Positions 25,500 to 37,949 of a stretch of DNA of 64,000 nucleotides are shown in pieces. Source of the DNA: Octopus bimaculoides (taxonomy: Eukaryota); NCBI RefSeq assembly GCF_001194135.2, contig NC_068981.1, positions 8,701,873 through 8,765,872 of the forward strand, read 5' to 3'. The notes beneath the pieces were generated by a model, which was given only the letters and a program-made list of their open reading frames with translations, was not told the DNA's origin and made no database searches. Made by a program: the position numbers and the translations under genes. The stretch's first letter is position 1; each line of letters begins with the position of its first letter.

Positions 25500-26500
25500 C
25501 AACTTTCAACCAGTAACGTGTCTTCTGCTAATGTGGAAACTATTGTCAGGTACTTTGGTCGGTGAAATGTATAGATATTTAGAAAAAAGTGGGTTGCTAC
25601 CTACTGAACAGAGAGGGTGTCGAAAGAGGAGTCGGGGAACGAAGGGTCAGCTCTTAATTGGCAATCTAATTATCAGAAATTGCAAGAGAAGACACACAAA
25701 CCTGAGCATGGCATGGGTAGGATGGGCTAAAAAAAGAAAAACTGAAAAAAAAGAGACTGAAAGTATTATAGTGGCAGCACAAGACAGCTTTTGGCAACGA
25801 ATTGGAGGGTCAACCTTAGGAATGAATAAGTGCCTCCGCTGTGCCGTATCTGTAATAGAGTGGACGAAACCATTGCCCGTATCGTGAACGAATGCCCTGA
25901 ACTTGCCCCAAACCACAACAAATTTTGGCGACATGATAAGGTAGCGAAAGTGCTTCATTGAAAACTGTGCAAAAAGCAGGGGACTAGAGAGAGGCAAGAC
26001 ATGGTATGAGCACAGACTGCAGAGAGTGGCAGAGTCAGAGACTAGCAAAATCCTTTGGGATTTCCCAATCCAAACAGATCAGGCGTTAGAACATAACAGA
26101 CAGGACATAGTGGTGGTGGACAAGATGCACCACATATACTATATAGTTGATGTTGCGTGCTCCTTTGACCCACGAATAGTCAAGAAGGAAGGCGAAACAA
26201 TAGATAAATACAAACCTCTTAAGTACGAAATAGCTCGGCTATGGAAAATGAGGAAGACGAAGATAGTGCCAATTATTGTTGGGTCCTTGGGAACAGTATC
26301 AGAAGGCATCAAGGGTAATATAGAGGAAATTGGAATAGAGTCTCCAGTAGAACTGTTACGAAAAGTTTGCCTCCTTAAAACGGCCAGAATAATCAGGAAA
26401 ATATTAAATAGTTGAAAAGAACGGATAGCATGGTACCGTAGGCTGCAGATAGCAAGTCCGCTACGCATGCAAGAATCCAAGAGTTTCAACAAAACTTGAG
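25500..26500 (+). mobile_element. R4/Dong-like LINE with an internal deletion (RT N-terminal part fused to zinc knuckle and endonuclease)
   Basis: Reads [33 protein letters not shown], then [82 protein letters not shown]. Confidence 0.9.
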
Positions 26501-26559
26501 ATAAAAAGAAAAATAATAATATTAACAATTTGTGAATTTTAGCCCAAAGCCAGCGGAGG

Positions 26560-26700
26560 GAGCAAGTCATTTGCGTCTCCCAGTATTTGGCCGGCCCGAG
26601 AAAGGATAAAAAGCTAACGTTGGCTTCGGTGGGGTTCGAACACAGAATGTAAATACTACAAGACATGTTGTCCATTATTCTATCAATTCTGTTATTCATT
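26560..26700 (-). mobile_element. Degenerate SINE
   Basis: CCCAGTATTT..GAAAGGATAAAAGC..TTCGAACACAGAA resembles the reverse complement of the 24440 SINE. Confidence 0.5.
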
Positions 26701-27016
26701 AATAATTACGGATGTTTCAACCGGATATCATCTCTGGAATGCGTTACTTCCGCAGTTATTGGTATTTCTTCCTCTTGTGTTTGAAGAGCGAACATTATTG
26801 AAAGTCGTCCTCTTATTGCAACAATTCCATGTTTGTGTGAAACAATCAACTCGACTGACTCCGTAGTCGCACATATTTCACAGCTGATGTCAGACACGCG
26901 TCTGTGCGTCCCCTCCCCTCCTCCTCTCACAACAATTGTTCCTTTTTCTAATGAATTATTTATTTCAATATTGCAATGTTTTACCAGAAGTGAATTAGGG
27001 TTTCCTTTATATACAT

Positions 27017-27081
<65 letters not shown>

Positions 27082-27616
27082 NNNNNNNNNNNNNNNNNNN
27101 NNNNNNNNNNNNNNNNNNNNNNNNNNNNNNNNNNNNNNNNNNNNNNNNNNNNNNNNNNNNNNNNNNNNNNNNNNNNNNNNNNNNNNNNNNNNNNNNNNNN
27201 NNNNNNNNNNNNNNNNNNNNNNNNNNNNNNNNNNNNNNNNNNNNNNNNNNNNNNNNNNNNNNNNNNNNNNNNNNNNNNNNNNNNNNNNNNNNNNNNNNNN
27301 NNNNNNNNNNNNNNNNNNNNNNNNNNNNNNNNNNNNNNNNNNNNNNNNNNNNNNNNNNNNNNNNNNNNNNNNNNNNNNNNNNNNNNNNNNNNNNNNNNNN
27401 NNNNNNNNNNNNNNNNNNNNNNNNNNNNNNNNNNNNNNNNNNNNNNNNNNNNNNNNNNNNNNNNNNNNNNNNNNNNNNNNNNNNNNNNNNNNNNNNNNNN
27501 NNNNNNNNNNNNNNNNNNNNNNNNNNNNNNNNNNNNNNNNNNNNNNNNNNNNNNNNNNNNNNNNNNNNNNNNNNNNNNNNNNNNNNNNNNNNNNNNNNNN
27601 NNNNNNNNNNNNNNNN

Positions 27617-27654
<38 letters not shown>

Positions 27655-27997
27655 CGCACACACACACACGCGTTATATTAGAGGAAAAATCAAAACCAAA
27701 GCATAGCGAGTATCACAAGTCATTTAAAATAATTTAATTAGGTTAAAGTGAATTTGAAGTCTGTATTCTAAATGGCTTGAGATACTCGTTCTGCCTACGT
27801 TTTGATTCTTCTTCTAATATGATACATACATGCTATAACGGAACCCTAACACAGATCCCTAGATCTAGCCTTAGCTATGATCTTGGAACCCAATGGTCGA
27901 CCAACTAAATCCCTCTAACTCTCTCTCTCTATGTGTATATATANNNNNNNNNNNNNNNNNNNNNNNNNNNNNNNNNNNNNNNNNNNNNNNNNNNNNN

Positions 27998-28031
<34 letters not shown>

Positions 28032-28132
28032 TGGCAGTAAAACCCGTCGTTAATTGGGTAATTACTTTTACTGCTTATCGGGAGCCACATTGAAAGTATT
28101 CTTATATGTATGTGTGTGTACATACTGTCTAT

Positions 28133-28266
28133 TAAATCTCACAAAGCTCTGGTTGGCCCGAGGGTCTTGTAGAAGACACTTGTCCAAGTTGCCATGCATT
28201 GGCACTAAACCCGGAACCACGTGGTTGGGAAGCAAATTTCTTACCACACAGCCACGCCTTCGCCTA
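28133..28266 (-). mobile_element. tRNA-derived SINE head, second family
   Basis: Reverse complement reads GGCGTGGCTGTGTGGTAAGAAATTTGCTTCCCAACCACGTGGTTCCGGGTTTAGTGCC..GACAAGTGTCTTCTAC. Matches 42361-42513. Confidence 0.8.
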
Positions 28267-28404
28267 TTGCTTACCTTTTAATTCAACAACTGACAATTTG
28301 GATTTTGAAGACTCACAATTACTAATTCGATTTATTTAGCTATGAAATGATAGCGATATAAAGTCTCCAAAGTTTCGAATAGGTTTTACAACCAGCAAGA
28401 TTCT

Positions 28405-28685
28405 TTAACTCTTTTGCCACCAAACTACCTGAGATCGCTTCTGGCTCTATGCTACAAACTTTCATTAAAATTACCTAAATTAAAATATTCCATCACAATT
28501 TCATGATAAATTTACGTTCCAAATACAAACTCAGTAATCCTTTCTATAACTTCTAAAATAATCAGCTTGATAATAGCAAACTTATTTTACTAAATCTTTT
28601 TACTAAATTTTTCAAAATTAAGACATTGTTTTTTATAAAAGAAGTGGTGTATTTCAACTGAAGTCTGTTAACAAAAAGCCTAATA
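28405..28685. mobile_element. Possible piggyBac-like MITE, degenerate
   Basis: Left end TTAACTCTTTTGCCACC and right end GTTAACAAAAAGCCTAA are loosely inverted and TTAA-like. Confidence 0.3.
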
Positions 28686-29439
28686 AAATCGACTCCAATG
28701 ATTTCCGTAGAAAGGTAGTTTTATTAACCAAGTTATATATGAAGAAATGATAGTGAAATTTACTGCCATTTTTGCAGTTAAATCGTTACTACGAAACGTG
28801 ACGAAATGCAAGACGACAACGTGTTGTGCCATACAGATTAAAAACGCTAAAAAGCATTTTCTCGTCTCAAATAGTTCACGGGAGATTTCGGATGAACTTC
28901 CGGAAATTACAAATGGGAGGAAGTATTAAGAAGTCTGTAAAATAACACAAATCAAAGAATATCAATAAATAAGTTTTAAAGACTTCACTATCACAGACAT
29001 TTTAAAATAGTCATAAAATTAACCGCTGTCTCTTCCAGTTGTCACATTTTTTCTGTATAAAGTAGCAATCCGTTAGTAACAGTATTTTGTGGTTTGTGTA
29101 TTCTAGGCAAAAACCTAGAAGTGCTCAATACACATCAGTGTTCTAAATTTATAGAGCTTGTTACAGTTGTAAGTTATTTCACAGAATTATCTTCTCGTAC
29201 CTAAAGGTTTTGTGTAACTGACTTTAATCCATCGTACGCATCAGTAAGCCAGCAAGTTTGAAATGAATTATACGCATATGTTCATAAATACATACATACA
29301 TATCTATAGACATATGCGTATAATTCATTTCAAACTCGCTGGCTTGCCGATGGATAAAGTCAGTCGCACAAAACCTTTCGGTACGAGAAAATAATTGTGT
29401 GAAATACCTTACAGTATGTATGTATGTCTCGTGTGCTTG

Positions 29440-30003
29440 TGTAGGCCATCGGACGCGTCCCTAGATGGCGGATAGGGGAACGGCCTCCAGATATGGAGAT
29501 TAGCTGCGAATAGCCAAATAAACAGCCTCGGACTACAGATGCCAAGCCGGTAGGAAGGGCTGGGAGTGAATTCTCACCACACTCACGAACGGAAGCATCT
29601 TGAGACTGGGTTGCACAGAAGGTCTCAGAGCAATCGGTGGCGTAGGTTTTGTGATCAGCAAGGAATGAGCTGAGAATGTCATCTCTTGTCACTTCGTTTC
29701 TACACGAATAGGTGTGCTAAACGTCCCAATCACGAAGAAAGCGACCTTGAAGATCGTCTAGTCGTACGCTCCCACCTGTGCCAGCGACGACAGAAGTGGA
29801 GGAATTCTATCTTGACCCAGAGCATGCTCTAGCGACCAGTTCTACATTCACCGTCATGTTGGGAGATTTCAACGCCAAAGTCGGAAAAGGTGAGAAGTAC
29901 GTGAGAAGATTCGAACTCGGCGAGAGAAATCAGAGAGGAGAAAGTTTAGCCACCATGGCAGTGTCGAAGAGATTGTACATTGATGACAGTCTGTTCAAAA
30001 ATC
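29440..30003 (+). mobile_element. RTE LINE 5' leader and AP-endonuclease fragment
   Basis: Reads RIGVL..LKIV*SYAPT and TVMLGDFNAKVGK..ELGERNQRGE.L. Confidence 0.88.
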
Positions 30004-30745
30004 GTCTTTCTCCACCGGAAAATTCACTGGTGAAGATAGCAGGGCCATATTCGTTGTGCCCCTGGTATTCGCCTCCCTGCGTAGTCACACCTTGTTTCCT
30101 GAGAGTTTGCTGTCGAGGGCTTTCTCATAATCAATGAACGCAACATACAGAGGCAACTGGTACTGTCTCACTCGTTCCAGCAAATGCGTTAGAGTGAAAA
30201 TATGATCTATAGTGCTGTACTTCTTTTTGAACCCTACCAGTTCTCATGACTGCTGCTCATCCAGTTGATATAACTGCTCAGCGATTATCTTCGTGAAGAG
30301 ATTGTAAATATGAGACAGTAGACAGATAGGACGATAGTTCTTAAGATCTTCCTTATCGCCCTTCTTGTACAGCCGGATTGTATTCCATTCTTTCCATTGG
30401 GAAAGTATTGACTCTTCCCCTAGGTAGCGGTTGATGCGTAGAGCGAGGATTTTCCACAACTTCTCCCTGCCATGTCATACCATCTTTTCCCGGTACTTCC
30501 CCTTTGTTCATCAGCTTGAGGGCTCTCTCTCGACTTCACTGATCAGAATGGATGGCACGTTCTCTCCTTTGCTTTCCAACGACGGAGGCGCGACCACTGC
30601 TCTCGATTTAAAAAGGTTCGTGTACAAGGCTTTGCAGACTTCTTCCATACCTTTTCTGTCGGTCACTGATACCGAGAAATTTATGGAGAGCGAAAAAAAG
30701 CTTCTTCTAAGCAAGCAACTCTAGACTTGTGTTTTAAAAAAGAAA
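30003..30745 (-). mobile_element. RTE LINE linker and RT fragment, inverted relative to its endonuclease
   Basis: Minus strand reads TDRKGMEEVCKALYTNLF, LYKKGDKEDLKNYRPICLLSHIYNLFTKII and GFKKKYSTIDHIFTL..LYVAFIDYEKALDS...PVEK. Confidence 0.9.
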
Positions 30746-30779
30746 TCTACAAGTCTGTCTACGAGTGCTTGTGAATCGG

Positions 30780-31100
30780 CGATCGCATCTACAAGTGATG
30801 GTGTGTGCTAGTCTAGTGCGAGTGAAAGTGATTCAAAAAATGGTTATAATAATAATAATATTTTATATTATAAATGATCTTGACATCCTTTTTACTTTAC
30901 ATAAAATATTCTTTACACTCTACTGTTGTTTTATTGCCACTTATTTAAAAGCATTATAAATTTTATAGATAAAATATTTTTCTGGAAATGAATTACGATT
31001 TATAACATTGCTACTATGATAAATTATTGCTCTGCTTTACGAGTTTTCGCTTTACGAGCGATTTCCGGGAATAAATTAACTCGTATATTGAGACATTACT
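30780..31100. mobile_element. Possible pogo/Tigger-like right end
   Basis: Repeated GCTTTACGAG subterminal motifs and a terminal CTCGTATATTGAGACATTACTG. No left end found. Confidence 0.3.
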
Positions 31101-32316
31101 GAATATACATATACACAGTCACACGTAATGTATGTGTGCGTGTGCATGTGTATGTGCGTATATATACACAGAAAGGGTGGGGAGAGAGAGAGAGTCAGAC
31201 GGATTATCATTCTTATGGCGGATGCTCATAAAGCTGATTAGAAAATACAAAACGGCTATAAGAAATCCACAGGGGTGGTCACTGGGGAAAGACGCGTTTC
31301 TATAGAAACAGGATAGGCCTGAAGTTATGATTTAATCTGTGGGTAATTTGCAGATCAATGGAGTTGGATATTAACAAAGCATCGGTGAGGCAGAAATCCG
31401 GACAATTAAAAGAAGCTTTGGGAGCCAAAGGGCTGAGGATTGTCCCTTTTTTATAAGTGTATGCAGAGATTTGGGTTGTGGTGGGGGTTTAGATGGGTGT
31501 ATATGTATAGATAGATAGATGACACACAGACGGACAGATAAATAAATAGATAGACAGAAAGGTAGACAGACAGGTACAAAGGCTGACTGACAGACAGGCA
31601 GACAGACTCGAAATGCTATTCCTACATGGCCTCTCTCTTTCTCTTTCTCTCACACACACACAAATACACTGACATTCACACACACACCAACTCTCTCTCT
31701 CTCTTTCCCTCTCTCCTTCTCTCTCTTTCTCTTTCTCTCTCTTTTTCTCTCTCTCCTTCTCTCTCTTTCTCTCTCTCTCGCTTTCTCTCCCTCTCTCTCT
31801 CTTACACACACCCACACGCTCCACACATGCCCCCACGCCCCCTCACATACACGCCCCACACACTAACATTTACACACCCCTATGCCACTTCTTGCACTAA
31901 TATCTCTTGAAACAACCTCATTCAGCGCCCATCACCCAGCTTCCGGTCAGTCAACGCCCAACATGCAGACTAACTCCACGTGGATAATTTTGTTTCCCCT
32001 GCGATGATTTTTTTTTTTTTTTATATTTGTTTTTTTACTGCATCTTTCAGTTTTATCCTCATCTTTCCTCTTCCCTTTGCCCTCCACACCCGACCCCGAA
32101 GAAGGACAACAACCGAAACATTAGAACAGTCAATTCTGTCCAGTTCTCCACGAATCAAAATAATAACTTTGATTGAATTCTATTCAGCAGATGAAGACTG
32201 ACCTAATCGACATTACAAGTGGAATCCTGAAATGTTTCATGGCAATCCCATGTTCTTGGAAGACAAGGACATAACCTTCAAGAGATGACGTGATATAACA
32301 GTCACGAGTCGAAGAG

Positions 32317-32388
32317 AAGTTACACTTCAAGTTACACTTCAAGTTACACTTCAAGTTACACTTCAAGTTACACTTCAAGTTACACTTC
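32317..32388. repeat. Perfect 12-bp tandem repeat (AAGTTACACTTC) x6
   Basis: Six identical units counted directly. Confidence 0.97.
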
Positions 32389-32944
32389 AGTGTGTGTGTG
32401 TGTGTGTGAACAGGAGATTGGAAAACGTTTTGGGTTTTATTTATTCACCATTACATGTGTTTCTTTTACTAATAGGACTTACAAAATTGTACGTGTGGAA
32501 GAAACATGTAAGACATTTATTAGAAACTCTTCAGACAGAATATCAAGCAGTCATATATGTACACAATATACATATATATATATATACGTTATGTATGTGT
32601 GGATGGATATAAGTATATAGAATGTATGCATGTGTGTGTTTGTGTATTAAGTATGCGTGCATGCATGTATATATAGTTGTATGTATATAGGTATACATGC
32701 TTGTTGGTCTCACTCAGTTTTCTTATTATGGGTCCTTTAATCTAAACAATCTGATTGTTCCTAAGAACGTGCCACCCTAAAAAAATATGTTTATTTTATT
32801 GTGAAAGTTATGTATTAGAGCAGTTAACGACAGCTAGTACGCCAAAACTTTGTCAGAGTCAACCTGGTCCTCATAAGTATATACGTGCACATACACACAA
32901 ACACACACACACACACATGTATACGCATATACATATATGAATAC

Positions 32945-33098
<154 letters not shown>

Positions 33099-34230
33099 AT
33101 ATATTTCGCTTGGGCATAGCGATACTAAATGACCTGGTTTTAAAACACAATATACATATGCTTCAGAATAAAGAGTTAGTCGAGCACAGAGCATAATATC
33201 CATTATTTAAAGAATTGCGAAATCAAATTCATTAAAACTGCATGCTTGTGCATCATCTATAGCAGAAACGGCTGTAAGCTAATGGAGCGAATTGTGAACA
33301 TCAGATCAGAGATTCCAACACTGACAGAATATATCGACCACTCTTGTCTAAAACGCCTCTGTGCTTTTCTTTTGCATCTCCTACCGTCACTCACTATTTG
33401 TCACTTGACAGCCTCCTGCATCCACACTCTTTGTTCGACAACGAACAAAAACACATTGCTAATTATTATACGTGGACGATTATGACTTGGCTATCATAAT
33501 CATCACGAAGTTTCAGCCCAACTTCAAGTGACCATGAGTCAACGATCCTAAACTGCTTTAAAACTGATCTCGAAAAGTCTCTAAACAACAAGCACCATTA
33601 AGCTTGTTATAATCTTCGTGTCGCTTCTGAACACGATTCATCCGAAATGTTATGCCAAAATCCAAACGGAAACTAAGAAATAGAATTTTATAACTGGATT
33701 CAACAGATACTTTATCTCCTCTTCCAACAACAGTTCCATTTGCTTTACCAATCTACAACGAGAATTTCAAAGTTCTCATGAAGTACTTCAAACACTCTTC
33801 AGTAACGCTATCGAGTTTTAGATTCAGATTTCACTACTATTAAATATGGCTTCTTTCAGTTTTTGCCAATGAAGAGATGAGTAAGAAAAGTGTAAATAAA
33901 GCGACAAAATCGTACCGAAAACGTTATCATCAATACATAGTAGTTAGCAGCAAGCAACCCAATCACATTGAGAGAAAAGCTATCGCAGTTTCCAAAAAAG
34001 TAGCCTTTTACTTTTTGCCTGAATCTTCCGTTGAACGCCATTTTTATAAGCAAACATAATGCAACATTGTCCTGGTGCTGAGATCAACAATGTCAGAAAG
34101 ACATTTCTTTCTATTTTGTTAAGCTTATTTCTACAGATATTCTTTAGAACTTATAACCAGCACTGATTTTTGCCACAACGTCTCGTATCGAGACGTCAGA
34201 TGTAACCATTTAATGTAATCGAAGACAAAA

Positions 34231-34298
34231 GTGAGTAACGAGTGTATATACCATATTTCAGGGGTTGTTGCCCCTTCATCAGCACTCATCTAACTCAC
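34231..34298 (-). ncRNA. Type I hammerhead ribozyme, fully paired
   Basis: Reads GUGAGU-UAG-AUGAGUG-CUGAUGA-AGGGG-CAACAA-CCCCU-GAA-AUAU-GGU-AUAU-A/CACUCGU-U-ACUCAC. Complete core, 5-bp stem II, 4-bp stem III, and 7+6-bp stem I with an internal loop. Confidence 0.88.
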
Positions 34299-34389
34299 TA
34301 TTGCCTCCGAACACATTGCTTATGTAGCCACCGCATACAGTGGTGTTAAGTTATTGGATATACCAATTTACGTAGTAGAAATGATGTTT

Positions 34390-35905
34390 GGAGACAGCAA
34401 AAAGGGGACACTCAATTACAAACTGATTACTCTCAAACAGGAGCTAAAAGCTGTCAGTGAAAAAGTCCAAAAGAGAACAACCGAGAGAAGAACAATAAAC
34501 AACAAATTTAACTGCAACCAGGCAGCAGTATACAGAGACATGAGAGGAGGAGCAGTAAACATCACGGAAACTCCTTCACCAAAAGACATAGACTCCTTCT
34601 GGAGGAAAATCTGGAGTGAAGAGAAAGAATTTAACCACGACTCACTGTGACTGGAATAAATCCGAAGAAGTTATTGTTTCTACGTTACATCCAAGACATA
34701 CAACATTGATGGGGAAACTCTTGCAACCGGAAACTCCAGAATGGAAAAGCACCCGAAAGAGACTTGATTGTTGGATATTGGTACAAGAAGCTAACATTCT
34801 ACTGACCATATCTTATCAATTTGTACCAGCAAGTTCTTATTGGGAACAGTAACATACCACACTGGTTAGCTATGACAGAGACAAAATTGATCCCCAAATG
34901 CAGAACCACCCACATGGAAAAAAAACTACCGGCCAATTGCATGCCAGAACTTAATGTATAAGATATATACAGCATGTTTAAACCTCTTCCTCCAAGACCA
35001 TTGTGAAACCAATAACATTATCACAGCAGAACAAGAAGCTGGGAAGAAGGGAATCTAGGGATGTGCCGAGCAATTGTTAATCAACAAAACTGTGATGTCA
35101 GAATGTGCGAGATCATAGAAGGAACCTAGCTTCAATGTGGCTAAACTATAAGAAAGCCTTTGACTCTGTTACCCATTCATGGATGCTAGAAGCCCTTCAA
35201 ATTGCTAAAGTTCCAGTGAGAATAGTCAAAGCCATAACTGACCTTATTTCATCATGGGCCACCATCTTGAAATTAAACACAGGGAGTGACTGTATTATCA
35301 CCGATAGAATACAGTATCGCAAAGGCATATTCCAAGGAGACAGCCTCTCTGTGATGTTGTTTATACTTTCTGTAAACCCCTTGCCATTCATGTTAAGGAA
35401 ATCTGAAGGATATCTCACTGGTTCACAAGGAAACGGAAATACCAAAATTACACACTGTTTTTTGTGGATGACTTGAAACATTATTCAAAGAATATGCAGG
35501 AGATGAAAATGAGCCTTGACCTAGTTACAACATTCTCAAAGGATGTAGGGTTGGAATTTGGTCAGGATAAATGTTGTTATATAATTGTGAAAAGGGGGGA
35601 AACTATAAACCAGATTAGTAACATCTCCATCAATGATTTGACTATCTCCCCTGTATCTGACGAGAAATGTTACAGGTATCTAGGGGTGGATGAAAATATA
35701 TCTTACAATGATATCTGTAACATAACATGTGTCACGAAAAATATGTTAAAGCCGAATAAAGAGAATTTGGACTTCAGAACTCTCTGCATTCAATACAACA
35801 GTGACCCACAATGTGTTTGCAGTGCCAGTACTCATACCAACGTTTTGGCTGCTTGATTGGACGCTTGATGAGATCCGAACCATTGATGCGAAAACCGTCA
35901 GACAC
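34390..35905 (+). mobile_element. R4/Dong-like LINE, RT region pseudogene
   Basis: Reads AVYRDMR..PSPKDIDSFWRKIW, NYRPIACQNL.YKIYT, EQLLINKTV, WLNYKKAFDSVTHSW, GIFQGDSLS.MLFILSVNPL, MDDLKHY and YRYLGV. Several stops and frameshifts. Confidence 0.95.
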
Positions 35906-37134
35906 TGACTCTTTCTATCTCCTCACTCCATTTCAAGCTTCACTCCACACTCTCGACCCTCTCACACCACTCTTCTTTCTCTCTTCTCTCCCCCTTCTCT
36001 CTCAATCCTTCTCTTTCTCCCCTCTATCTCCCCCCTCTCTCTTTCTCTCTCTTCCTGATCGTCACACGGAGGGCAAAGTTCTGCAATGTTAGATTCCCCA
36101 CCCTTACGTAAATCAAACTCACCCAATTCCGTTTGTGGCTAATTGTTGCCAGAGCAGACGACTCTCACCAGTATCCGAACTTTCATATTACACCCTGAAC
36201 CTATGTTGGTGTAATGTCTGAGGAATACATTTTGGGGTGGGGGTGGGGGGAAATGTTATAAGGAAAGTATGGTTGGAAGATATGGTGAGGAAATATTATA
36301 GAGAAAATTTGGAGGGATTCAATGGAGACAAGTTTGGTGGGAAAAAGGATTACGTTGCAGAGTTTAGTAGGGAAATTTGGTTTGGAGGGAGGAGGGGAAG
36401 GAAGAGGAGGAGAAGGAGGAGGAGGAGCAGGAGGAAGTGGAGAAGAAGAGGTGGTGTTAGCAAACTATTGTAGAATAGAGAGAGTGGGGGTGGGGACACA
36501 GCACATTGATGGTGTGGGGGTAGATTGACTATCACTTAGTTGACCTTTACACCAACAGTGATGTGTGTATGTCACGTGGTGTGGTGTAATTAATTATGGG
36601 GTGACATGCAAGAAGGCGGAACAGAAATTAGTGAGGGTGAGAGAGAAAGAAAGAGATTATGAAAGACAGGTCGAGAAATAATTGACAGACAGACAGATAG
36701 ACAGACAGACAGATAGGATTATCGTTAAAAATTTATAAAGAGAGAATAAGACAAAAGTAAAGAGGAAAGCAAAAAAGAGAGGGGAGAGGGAGGGAAGAAA
36801 GAGTAATAGAGACAACGGAGATAACTGGTGGACAGAGAAAAAAAAGGGGGGGGAGAAGTAGAGTGATAAGTATACAGAGAGGAGAGACAGGGTGAGAAGA
36901 TGGGGAAAATAATTCAGCCAGAGATTAATTAACGGATAAATATTAAATTTAGCAAGAATAGAGGAGACATTCTGGGATCTCTGACAAGAAAGAATAAATA
37001 AATAAATATATTGGCTGAAGAAGCTGTTAGGCGAAACTTAAAGTGCCACTCAGTTCCAACTTTATAATGTATTTTACTCGGCTCTCAGGGTTGAGACACT
37101 CCATCAGCAAATGTCCCGTTTTCCTTATTAAACT

Positions 37135-37346
37135 TGATTTAAAGGCCAACAATTTTGGCTGGGTGGGTGGGGGTGGAGCGGCGATAAGTTGATTACATCA
37201 ACCTCAATATTTGACTGATACTTATTTTATCGACATCGAAAGGATGAAAGGCAAAGCTGACCTCGGCGCAATTTGAACTCAGAACGGACGAAATGCCGCT
37301 GAGCCTTTCGCCAGACATGCTAACGATTCTGCCAGCTCGCAACCTT
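37135..37346 (-). mobile_element. tRNA-derived SINE, same family as 24440
   Basis: GAAAGGATGAAAGGCAAAG..TTTGAACTCAGAAC..GATTCTGCCAGCTCGC. Confidence 0.85.
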
Positions 37347-37614
37347 AACTAGATTTAATATAATAACCTTAAACATTCCAATCTTAGTATATATTATGTA
37401 TTTGGTACGTATTAGTATATTATATTTCTAACATTTATATTTTGGTATACGTTTTATATTGTTAAGCATCGACCTTTAAGTGTAAGAGCAGCCAAATGCA
37501 CTTAAATGTTATATCGTAGTGAATCAATGAGCAATTACGTAATATACGCGATATTCTATGAGGAGAATATCACGTACATTCACAAATGGAACGACTCTGA
37601 TGGCATATTTATAG

Positions 37615-37869
37615 CGGTGATTCTCAACCAGAGTCCATAAGGCCCTTGGCGCTCCATATAAGATTTTGTTGTTACATTTTATGTTCAATAAATTGCGTAT
37701 GCTTCAACGATACACAAAATATTTAATTTGTTTTTCATACATTTCCTAATAATATTTAATTATGAAAATATAACGGGATTTTTTAAAGCATCGAATAGCT
37801 ATGGGCGTCAGTATGGTAAAAAAAAAAGGGGGGGTGGATCCATAGGCAAAACATCGTCGAGAACCCCTG
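37615..37869. mobile_element. hAT (Charlie-like) MITE with 8-bp target-site duplication
   Basis: Ends CGGTGATTCTCAACC and CGTCGAGAACCCCTG (10/15 inverted match). Flanks ATTTATAG (37607-37614) and ATTTACAG (37870-37877), 7/8 identical. Confidence 0.78.
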
Positions 37870-37949
37870 ATTTACAGAATTTGAATTGATCTGGCACTAA
37901 ACAACACCAGCAATAACAACAACAACATCGCTACTGAAATAATGATACC

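Noticed and set aside
32317-32388. CRISPR-like array
   Set aside because: No spacers, 12-bp unit, eukaryotic context and no cas genes.
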